Source of the DNA: an uncultured Chloroflexia bacterium
GTDB lineage: Bacteria; Chloroflexota; Limnocylindria; Limnocylindrales; CSP1-4
Assembly (NCBI GenBank): GCA_963734535.1
Contig: CAVTHS010000010.1
Coordinates: 224,001 to 288,000 of the forward strand
Length of the DNA stretch: 64,000 nucleotides
Direction: 5' to 3'
In this document: piece by piece, positions 55,000-64,000 of the stretch
How the letters are laid out: each line of letters starts with the position of its first letter
How positions within the stretch are numbered: the first letter of the stretch is position 1
Translations under genes and position numbers: made by a program
Notes under the pieces: model-generated
The model's database searches: none
What the model saw: only the letters and a program-made list of their open reading frames with translations
What the model was told of the DNA's origin: nothing

Positions 55000-55431
55000 C
55001 TAGATGCCCAGCCCAGCGAGATGCTGTGCGAGCGCGTCCGGCGCCTCGAGCGCCTGCCGGTAGTCGTCCCACCGGCCGGGTGCCCAGATTTCCGCGTGGT
55101 CAAGCGACCCGACGACCGCCGCCTCGCCGTTCAGCCCGGCAGCCTCGCGGAGGTAGGCCGGCAGCACGAAGCGACCCTGCGCGTCGAACTCGATCTCGAC
55201 CGCACTGGCGAAGACGAACCGGCTGAAGGCGCGCGCCCCCGGGTTCTCGACGGTCGGCAGCGCGGCGACCTTGCCGGCCAGGCGCTCCCATCCATCGCGG
55301 GGCCAGATCGCCAGGCAGAGGTCCAGCCAGCGCGAGACGAACGCGCCGCCCGCGAGCTGTGCCCGGAACTTCGAAGGCACGGCAAGCCGTCCCTTCGCGT
55401 CCACCGTGTGCCGGTACTCGCCGGTGAACAA
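55000..55431 (-). CDS. mraZ: Transcriptional regulator MraZ
   Basis: FTGEYRHTVDAKGRL.VP and DAQGRF.LP (two DxxGR motifs), EIW. Confidence 0.95.
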   Translation of the reverse strand: MFTGEYRHTVDAKGRLAVPSKFRAQLAGGAFVSRWLDLCLAIWPRDGWERLAGKVAALPTVENPGARAFSRFVFASAVEIEFDAQGRFVLPAYLREAAGLNGEAAVVGSLDHAEIWAPGRWDDYRQALEAPDALAQHLAGLGI

Positions 55432-55548
55432 CCCGTCCGGGCCCCTCTCTCGGAGACCGGCGTCCGTGGGCCCCATGCCCGTGCAATCGCCGGTACTTCG
55501 CCCGGTGCTCCGGCGGCGGGCCAGGGGCCCCCCTCCGTCGCCGGGATT

Positions 55549-55589
55549 TACCACTTGTCCCCACTCCGTGGGACTTGGTGGGCATCATA
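55549..55589 (-). promoter_or_regulatory. mraZ promoter with putative MraZ boxes
   Basis: TATGAT -10 (55584-55589); GTGG cores 10 bp apart, two on each strand. Confidence 0.6.
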
Positions 55590-55737
55590 CACCCCGCGAA
55601 ACCCGAGTCAACGCCGATTCCGCTTCCGGGGGCGCCGAAGGTGGCAGTACGAGTGGCCTCTTGCGGTCGGCTCCCGGCGAGGTGTAGGCTCCGCCGCCGA
55701 ACCAGCTCGTGCCGCAGCCGAGGGCCTCACCCACACC

Positions 55738-56008
55738 ATGACCGCGATGCCCCGCACCGCAGATCCCGGCTTTGCGCCGCCGCGGGGGCGACCCCGCGAT
55801 GCGCCCCCAGCAGCTGGCCGCCGTGCGGATCCGCCGCTGCACGTTCCGTCGGCTGATCGCCGTGGACGGGGCGATCGGACGCGGGTACGACGTGGACTGC
55901 CTCTACCCGGACCGGACGCTTCCGCTCCCCCTGGGCGATCTCCACGCAGCCACGCCGATCTGCAACGCGTGCACGGGGTCGCACATCTTCCGGGCCGACG
56001 AAGACTGA
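55738..56008 (+). CDS. Small Cys-containing hypothetical protein (possible +1 frameshift near 55795; intact from ATG 55799)
   Basis: RRCTFRRL...YDVDCLYP...PICNACTGSHIFRADED; four Cys; codon bias looks coding. Confidence 0.6.
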
Positions 56009-56060
56009 CGCCGTTTCCGTCGGGTGGCGACCGACGCCGCTCCCGCCTGACGATGAGGGC

Positions 56061-56412
56061 GCCAGCGAGGCGGCCTATACGCCGGGTTCTGTGCCGGACC
56101 CGGGGGCCCGGCGACGGTCATCCATCTGAGGCCGCCGGTTGCCCGGCGGCTCGTGCGGCCGACCCGAGGGCCCACGGCGGCGCGCCGCTGCCCCGGCGAA
56201 CCGGGACACGCCCTCCTACTTGGCCTTGCTCCGGGTAGAGCTTGCCGCGTTTCACCCCGTCGCCGGTTGCCCGGCGACGGACTCGTCTCTGTGGCGCTTG
56301 TCCTCGCCTCACGGCGGACGGGCGTTACCCGCTACCCTGCGCCTGGGAGCCCGGACGTTCCTCACGCCGGCAGTTCCCCGCCGGCGCGCGACCGTCCAGC
56401 CGCCTCGCTGGC
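56061..56412 (-). ncRNA. rnpB: RNase P RNA
   Basis: GAGGAACGTCCGGGCTC, GGTGAAACGCGGCAAGCTC, GAGCAAG, ACAGAACCCGGCGTAT; terminal P1 pairing GCCAGCGAGGCGGC. Confidence 0.95.
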
Positions 56413-56536
56413 CGACGCAGTCTACCCCCGGCGTGAGGGCGGGGCTCAGTCGGGCGGATGTGCGAGCGGCGTCACGGCCGTTTTGGAACACGGCCGCCGC
56501 CAGCACGGCGTGCCGGACATCACGGCACGCCGGCCG

Positions 56537-57928
56537 TCACGGCACCTCGATCTCCAGGCCGTCCCACGCGACCTCGACACCAGCGGGCAGGCGCGTGGCG
56601 AGCGCAGCGTGGCCGAGCTCGTGGTCCAGGTGGGTGAGGTAGGCACGCCGCGGTCGAAGCGCGGCGATGACCTCGAGCGCCTCGCCGACGGTCTGGTGCG
56701 TCGGGTGCGGCTTGTCGCGCAGGGCCGAGATCACCAGGACGTCGAGGTCCCGAAGGAGCGCCATCCCTTCCGGCTCGATCCGCTGCACGTCCGAGCAGTA
56801 CGCGAACCCGCCGGTCCGATACCCGGTGATCGCCCGGTCGACGTGGATCACCGGGACCGGGATGAAGCGCCGCCCGCCGACCAGGAACGGCCCGTCCAGC
56901 GCGACCGGGCGGAGCTGCGGGATTCCGAAGAAGGCGCCCTGCCCGGGACGGAATGCATAGGCGTACCGGGAGACGATGACGGCCAGGTCCTCCGGCGGCG
57001 CGTGGACCGGCAGGTACCCACCGCGCAGCTCATTGAAGCGGCGCAGCTCGTCCAACCCACCGATCGCGTCCTGGTGATCGTGGGTCAGCAGCACGGCGTC
57101 GAGGCGTCGCATGCCCGCCGCGATCGCCTGCCACTTGATGTCGGGACCGCAGTCCACGAGGACCCGCATCTCCCCGAAGGAGAGCAGGGCCGATGCCCGG
57201 TAGCGCCGATCGCGCGGGTCGGCAGACGTGCACACCGGGCACTCGCAGGCGATCCGCGGGATCCCCTGGCTGGTGCCGCTGCCCAGGATGCGGACCACGA
57301 GACGGCCAGGGTCGGGGCCAGCGTCTCCGGGGTCGAAGCCGGCCTCGAGCGCGACCGGGGCGATTGCTCCACCGCCCGGGCCGCCGGTGCCGAGCTTCAT
57401 GTCCATCTGGGTTACCGAGAACGCCGGACCGCCCGATCCTGACGTCGGTCGCCGGACGACGAGGGCCGGCCCGCCGGCCGCCACGCGGTCGAGCGCCTCG
57501 TTCGCCAGCGCATCCGCGGTCGAGTTCTCGCTGCGCGGGACGTGCCGCGCGCTCCAGCGCCGGAAGCGGCGCAGGCCGGCGATCGCCTCGTCGTGGAGCG
57601 GGGCCAGCTTCGCATCCTTGACGCGCCAGCGCCCCTGGATCTGCTCCACCACGAGCTTCGAGTCGAGCAGGAGGAGAACCTCCTCCGCCCCGAGCTCGGC
57701 GGCCAGGTCGAGCGCACGGACCACGGCCGTCCATTCGGCCACGTTGTTGGTCTGGTGTCCCAGCGCCTCGGAGATCGTGGCAAGGGGGGCCGCGCCGGGT
57801 CGCTCCGCACCGGGTCGATCCGCGTCGATCAGGGCCGCCCCCGCGGACGCCGGGCCCGGGTTCCCCCGCGCCGCGCCGTCGGTCCGGATGATCAGCCGGC
57901 GGACGCCGCCGGCCGCGGCTCCGCTCAG
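56537..57928 (-). CDS. Ribonuclease HI domain fused in frame to a PhnP-like MBL-fold metallohydrolase
   Basis: TDGAARGNPG, NNVAE, DSKLVV, NSTADALAN; then LGSGTSQGIP..CECPVC, LVDCGPD, THDHQDA, LTHLDH, AWDGL; no stop between the domains. Confidence 0.85.
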   Translation of the reverse strand: MSGAAAGGVRRLIIRTDGAARGNPGPASAGAALIDADRPGAERPGAAPLATISEALGHQTNNVAEWTAVVRALDLAAELGAEEVLLLLDSKLVVEQIQGRWRVKDAKLAPLHDEAIAGLRRFRRWSARHVPRSENSTADALANEALDRVAAGGPALVVRRPTSGSGGPAFSVTQMDMKLGTGGPGGGAIAPVALEAGFDPGDAGPDPGRLVVRILGSGTSQGIPRIACECPVCTSADPRDRRYRASALLSFGEMRVLVDCGPDIKWQAIAAGMRRLDAVLLTHDHQDAIGGLDELRRFNELRGGYLPVHAPPEDLAVIVSRYAYAFRPGQGAFFGIPQLRPVALDGPFLVGGRRFIPVPVIHVDRAITGYRTGGFAYCSDVQRIEPEGMALLRDLDVLVISALRDKPHPTHQTVGEALEVIAALRPRRAYLTHLDHELGHAALATRLPAGVEVAWDGLEIEVP

Positions 57929-58626
57929 ACCGTGCGCTCCACCACCGCTCGCGAGACCTCGAGGATCGCGCGAGTGATGTTGATGCCGCGCGGGCACGCG
58001 TCGACGCAGTTGAAGATGGTCCGGCAGCGCCAGACGCCGTCCTTGTCGGCGAGGATCTCCAGCCGCTCGTCGCCGGCGTCGTCGCGGGTGTCGAAGATGA
58101 ACCGGTGGGCGTTCACGATCGCGGCCGGGCCAACGTACGACGGTTGCGCCCAGAAGGACGGGCACGCCGTCGTGCAGGCGGCGCACAGGATGCACTTGGT
58201 GGTGTCGTCGTAGCGCGCGCGGTCGGCGGGGCTCTGGCGACGCTCGCGCTCGGGCGGCGGCGTGTCGGCGATGAGGAACGGCATCACGCTTCGGTACTTC
58301 GCGAGGAACCCGTCCATGTCGACGACGAGGTCCTTCATCACCGGGAGGCCGGTCAGCGGCGCGACCGTGATCTTGCGGCCGAGCTGGTCGACCCGGATCT
58401 TGCAGGCAAGCCGGTTCCGCCCGTTGATGAGCATCGCGTCGGAGCCGCAGATGCCGTGCGCGCACGAACGCCGGAAGGTGAGCGTGCCGTCCTGGTCCGC
58501 CTTGACCGAGATCAGCAGGTTGAGGACGCGATCCATCGGCTCGGCGTCGACGCGGTAGGACTCCCAGTGCGGCGCGGCGTCGCGCTCGGGGTCGAACCGG
58601 AGGATGCGAAGGTCGACCTGCATCAC
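57925..58626 (-). CDS. sdhB: Succinate dehydrogenase iron-sulfur subunit
   Basis: RSCAHGICGSD, CILCAACTTACP, CRTIFNCVDACP. Confidence 0.96.
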   Translation of the reverse strand: MMQVDLRILRFDPERDAAPHWESYRVDAEPMDRVLNLLISVKADQDGTLTFRRSCAHGICGSDAMLINGRNRLACKIRVDQLGRKITVAPLTGLPVMKDLVVDMDGFLAKYRSVMPFLIADTPPPERERRQSPADRARYDDTTKCILCAACTTACPSFWAQPSYVGPAAIVNAHRFIFDTRDDAGDERLEILADKDGVWRCRTIFNCVDACPRGINITRAILEVSRAVVERTV

Positions 58627-58639
58627 GCGGCTCCCGGGC

Positions 58640-60388
<1,749 letters not shown>

Positions 60389-60399
60389 CCGGGACCTTC

Positions 60400-60789
60400 C
60401 TACTTGACCGGGAACGGGAGGGTCATGACCGCCATCGTCCCCATCAGGAAGAGCGCGATGCCGGTCACGTAGAGCAGCATCGTCAGCGCGGTCCGCGCTC
60501 CGCCCGACGTGTAGTCCTGCACCACGGTCCGCACGCCCATGAAGCTGTGGAGGACCACCATGGTGAGCATCAGCCAGTCGACGGTCCGCCACAGGACGCT
60601 CCCCCAGCGGTCGTCCACGATCCACTGGGCGGTCTGGGTGGCCGGGTCGAAGATGAAGTGCGTGATCGAGAAGTGGCCGAGCGCGAGGACGAACAGGGCG
60701 AGTCCCGACAGGCGCATGAGGTACCAGACGCCGAGCTCGAACCCGCTTCGCTGTGGGCGCGCCCGACCGGCCCGGGTGTAGAGGGCCAT
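60400..60789 (-). CDS. sdhD: Succinate dehydrogenase membrane anchor
   Basis: MRLSG..L...LGH, HSFMG.RTVVQDY; three transmembrane helices. Confidence 0.88.
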   Translation of the reverse strand: MALYTRAGRARPQRSGFELGVWYLMRLSGLALFVLALGHFSITHFIFDPATQTAQWIVDDRWGSVLWRTVDWLMLTMVVLHSFMGVRTVVQDYTSGGARTALTMLLYVTGIALFLMGTMAVMTLPFPVK

Positions 60790-61160
60790 CACGATGCCCC
60801 TGCCCAGATCGGGCGAAGGATGATGTAGGCCCCCGGCAGGCCGACGATCACGAACACCACCCAGCTCGCATACCAGAGCTGCTTGTGGAAGACGGTCGTG
60901 GCGGGCCAAAAGTCCATCACGATGATCCGCAGGCCGTTGAGCGCGTGGTAGAGGAGAGCCGCGCCCAGGAGGGTCTCCCCCACCCGCCCGACCGGGCTCG
61001 CATAGAGCTTCAGGACCTCGTCGTAGAGACCCCGGTTCGCGCCCACCAGCCAGATGTCGAGGACGTGGAGCAGCACGAACGCCCAGATCGCGACGCCGGA
61101 GATCCGGTGGAATGCCCACGCGAGCATTCCCTCGCCGCCTCGGTACTGCAGGTATCGCAC
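60789..61160 (-). CDS. sdhC: Succinate dehydrogenase cytochrome b556 subunit
   Basis: AWAFHRISG, LLHVLD, YHALNGLRII..DFW. Confidence 0.9.
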   Translation of the reverse strand: MRYLQYRGGEGMLAWAFHRISGVAIWAFVLLHVLDIWLVGANRGLYDEVLKLYASPVGRVGETLLGAALLYHALNGLRIIVMDFWPATTVFHKQLWYASWVVFVIVGLPGAYIILRPIWAGAS

Positions 61161-61238
61161 CGGAAGACTCGCCTCCGTGACCGGCCGGGGGACGCAACCG
61201 ACGCGCAATGGCCGGGCTCGTCCGGGTGGACCCCACGC

Positions 61239-61244
61239 ATTGTA
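61239..61244 (-). promoter_or_regulatory. -10 box (TACAAT) for the sdh operon
   Basis: TACAAT ~80 nt upstream of sdhC. Confidence 0.5.
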
Positions 61245-61313
61245 CGGGGTCCGGTTGGCGCCGGCCGCGTTGCATGAGCAGGTGGCGCGCACTCCCCCCT
61301 CGGCAACCCCGCG

Positions 61314-61476
61314 AAGCACCCGGGGTGCTGGCAAGGCAGACGCGGGTCGGAAAGCAGCACCCGGGGTGCTGGCACGGCCGACGCAAGGTCGGCGGCATGC
61401 CCGGACAGCAGGCAGGGTGCTGGTAAGGCAGCGGCGGGTCCCGAGAAGGCCGAGATAGCACCCTGGGTGCTGGTAA
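61314..61476. repeat. Four copies of a 17-bp palindrome (consensus CAGCACCCnGGGTGCTG)
   Basis: Copies start at 61314, 61355, 61406 (degenerate) and 61456. Confidence 0.85.
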
Positions 61477-61608
61477 GTCCGGCCGACGCGCTCGACGCCC
61501 GAGGTTGGGCAGCCGGCCGCGCTCCCAGCGAGCTTCGCCGGGGCCATCGACGCCGGGATCGGGCGAGATTCGGTGCGTACCAGTCGCCCCGCTGCTATTC
61601 GGGACGGA

Positions 61609-61690
61609 CGTGGGCACCCAGGCCCGCGTGGGCACCCGGGCCCGCGTGGGCACCCAAGTCCCGCGTGGGCACCCGGGCCCCGCGTGGGCA
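61609..61690. repeat. ~4.5 x 18-19-bp tandem repeat CGTGGGCACCCRGGCCCG
   Basis: CGTGGGCA occurs five times at 18-19-bp spacing. Confidence 0.85.
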
Positions 61691-61786
61691 ATCAGGCCCG
61701 CGAGCCCGGGTGCCGCGCTACCATCGGTCCCCACACTCGGTCCTTTCACACCCGCGCCCACGCCCGTCGAGATCGCAGGAGCTGCC

Positions 61787-62971
61787 GTGAAGATCCAGGA
61801 AGCCGACGCGAAGTCGCTGCTCGCCGCGCAGGGCCTGCCCGTCCCGCCTTGGGCCGTCGCCCGGACTGCGGCGGATGCGCGGGCCGCCGCCGAGCGGTTC
61901 CTCGCCGCCGGTGCGGGCCGGGTCGTGATCAAGGCGCAGGTCCTCGTCGGCGGTCGCGGGAAGGCCGGCGGCGTGAAGCTGGCCGGATCGCCGGCCGAAG
62001 CGGAAGAGGTGGCCGCGCGGATCCTCGGCATGGAGATCAAGGGGATCCCGGTTCGCAAGGTGCTGGTCGGCCCGGCGGCCGTGATCGTCAAGGAGTTCTA
62101 CCTCGGCGCGATTCTCGATCGCGCATCGCGCCGGATCGTCCTGATGGCCTCGGCCGAGGGCGGCGTGGAGATCGAGGAGGTTGCGAAGGCCACACCGGAA
62201 GCGATCCACCGCGTCGCCGCCCACCCGCTCCTCGGGCTGCTCGACTGGCAGGCTCGCGAGCTCGCCTTCGCCGTGGGCCTCGCAGGACCGCACCTGCGCG
62301 ACTTCGTCAAGATCGCGCGCGGAATCGTGAGCACGATGCGTGCGTACGACGCGGACCTGGTCGAGGTGAACCCCCTCGCGATCATCCGGGAGAGCGGGCC
62401 GGAGGGCCACGTGGAGCGCCTGGCGTGCCTCGACGCGAAGGTGACCCTGGACGACTCGGCCCTTCCCCGTCATCCCGACCTGGAGAAGCTGCGCGACCTC
62501 GACGAGGAGGACCCCGCCGACGCCGAGGCACGGCACTACGACATCAGCTTCATCCACCTCGACGGCTCGATCGGCTGCATGGTCAACGGGGCCGGCCTGG
62601 CGATGACGACGATGGATCTGGTGAACCGTGCGGGCGGCGCTCCGGCGAACTTCCTCGACATCGGCGGCGGCGCGAAGGCCGACCGCGTCTCGGCGGCCAT
62701 GCGGCTGATCCTTGCCGACCCGAAGGTGCGCGCGATCCTCGTCAACATCTTCGGCGGGATCACGCGCGGCGACGAGGTCGCCCGCGGCCTGATCGACGCC
62801 CGGGCGCGCCAGGAGCGCGAGGTGCCGATGGTCGTCCGGATCGTGGGCACGAACGCGGAGGAGGCGGCGCGCCTCCTGCGCGAGGCCGCGTTCGAGACCG
62901 CCGCGACGCTCGACGAGGCGGCCGCGAAAGCGGTCGCCGCGGCCCGGCAGGCGACGGGAGGCATGGCATGA
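61787..62971 (+). CDS. sucC: Succinyl-CoA synthetase beta subunit
   Basis: [50 protein letters not shown]. Confidence 0.96.
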   Translation: MKIQEADAKSLLAAQGLPVPPWAVARTAADARAAAERFLAAGAGRVVIKAQVLVGGRGKAGGVKLAGSPAEAEEVAARILGMEIKGIPVRKVLVGPAAVIVKEFYLGAILDRASRRIVLMASAEGGVEIEEVAKATPEAIHRVAAHPLLGLLDWQARELAFAVGLAGPHLRDFVKIARGIVSTMRAYDADLVEVNPLAIIRESGPEGHVERLACLDAKVTLDDSALPRHPDLEKLRDLDEEDPADAEARHYDISFIHLDGSIGCMVNGAGLAMTTMDLVNRAGGAPANFLDIGGGAKADRVSAAMRLILADPKVRAILVNIFGGITRGDEVARGLIDARARQEREVPMVVRIVGTNAEEAARLLREAAFETAATLDEAAAKAVAAARQATGGMA

Positions 62972-63853
62972 GCATCCTGATCGGCCGCGAGACGCGGCTC
63001 GTGGTCCAGGGCATCACCGGTCGCGAGGGCGAGTTCCACTCGCGCCAGATGCTCGAGTACGGCACCAACATCGTGGCGGGCATGACGCCGGGCAAGGGAG
63101 GCCTCTCGGCGCTCGACAACCGGGTCCCCGTGTTCGACACGGTGGCGGAGGCGGTCGCGCCAGACGGGCGCCAACACCTCGTGCATCTTCGTCCCTGCAT
63201 CTGGGGCCCCGGACGCCATTCTCGAGGCCGTCGGAGCGGGAATCACGACCATCTTCTGCATCACCGAAGGGATACCGGCCCTCGACATGCTTCCGGTCGT
63301 GGAGGTCGTCCGGGCTGCCGGCGCGCGGCTGATCGGCCCCAACTGCCCGGGCGCCACGTCGCCAGGCCGGGCGAAGGTCGGGATCATCCCGGGGTCCATC
63401 CACCACGAGGGGCGCGTGGGCGTGGTCTCGCGGTCGGGCACGCTCACCTACGAGGCGGTCCAGGCAATGACGGACGCGGGGATCGGGCAATCGACCTGCG
63501 TCGGGATCGGCGGCGACCCGATCATCGGGACGACGTTCCTCGACATCCTCCAGCTCTTCGCGGCAGATCCGGAGACCGAGGCGATCGTTCTGATCGGCGA
63601 GATCGGCGGGGCGGCCGAAGAGGAGGCGGCCGCCTGGGCCGCGGAGCACCTTCGAGATGTGCCGATGGCGGCCTTCATCGCGGGCCGGACCGCGCCCGAA
63701 GGCAAGCGCATGGGCCACGCCGGCGCGATCATCTCCGGCGGCCGCGGCACGGCCGCCGACAAGGTCACGGCCCTCGAGGCCGCGGGAATCCGGGTCGCCG
63801 GATCCCCAACCGAGCTGCCCGCGCTCCTGAGAGCGGCGGGGCATCGGGGCTAG
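62968..63853 (+). CDS. sucD: Succinyl-CoA synthetase alpha subunit, frameshift near 63157
   Basis: MSIL...[11 protein letters not shown]; after the shift [35 protein letters not shown]. Confidence 0.93.
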
Positions 63854-63883
63854 GACCTGCAGGCCGGCGAGGTCAGCTGAGCG

Positions 63884-64000
63884 TCAGCGCGACGTCCCGA
63901 GCTCGCCTGGGGCTCGGAATCCATCCGGATAGAGCCCGGCCCACGCCGGGCCGCCCGGCGCCTCGATCAGCTCGACGAGCACCCCGTGGCAGCTCTTCGG
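63884..64000 (-). CDS. C-terminal fragment of a VOC-family protein (methylmalonyl-CoA epimerase-like)
   Basis: [13 protein letters not shown] motif; runs off the window edge. Confidence 0.6.
   Translation of the reverse strand, partial: PKSCHGVLVELIEAPGGPAWAGLYPDGFRAPGELGTSR

Noticed and set aside
61314-61476. Possible mini CRISPR array (palindromic repeats with 24-34-nt gaps)
   Set aside because: Repeats are short and degenerate, the 'spacers' resemble each other, and there are no cas genes or AT-rich leader.

Overview
Very GC-rich bacterial chromosomal segment made mostly of housekeeping genes. Gene content and protein style suggest Chloroflexota, possibly Limnocylindria/Ellin6529-like; this is inference only. 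In order it holds: an HD-GYP gene end, ssb, an unannotated 41-aa membrane ORF, a promoter-backed ~160-nt structured RNA candidate, rsmI with a split nitrilase + NadE pair, two complete convergent Dpp/Opp ABC operons, an ECF sigma/ZAS anti-sigma pair, gcvT-H-PA-PB, acnA, a mixed block (msrB, GNAT, cupin-cyclase, ABC-2 exporter, DinB-like), tRNA-Val(CAC), the dcw cluster (mraZ to ftsZ-yggS-yggT-DUF167), RNase P RNA, an RNase HI-MBL hydrolase fusion, sdhCDAB divergent from sucCD, and the end of a methylmalonyl-CoA epimerase-like gene. The most unusual signals are: (1) a family-5 solute-binding protein that appears circularly permuted; (2) a second family-5 SBP with a ~100-aa insertion; (3) the unnamed ncRNA candidate at 1839-2000; (4) the RNase H-metallo-beta-lactamase fusion next to rnpB; (5) phased palindromic repeats between sdh and suc; (6) extra small genes in or next to the dcw cluster. 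Several single-base frameshifts in core genes look like consensus errors. No CRISPR array, integrase or transposase was seen. All calls come from reading motifs by eye; no searches were run.
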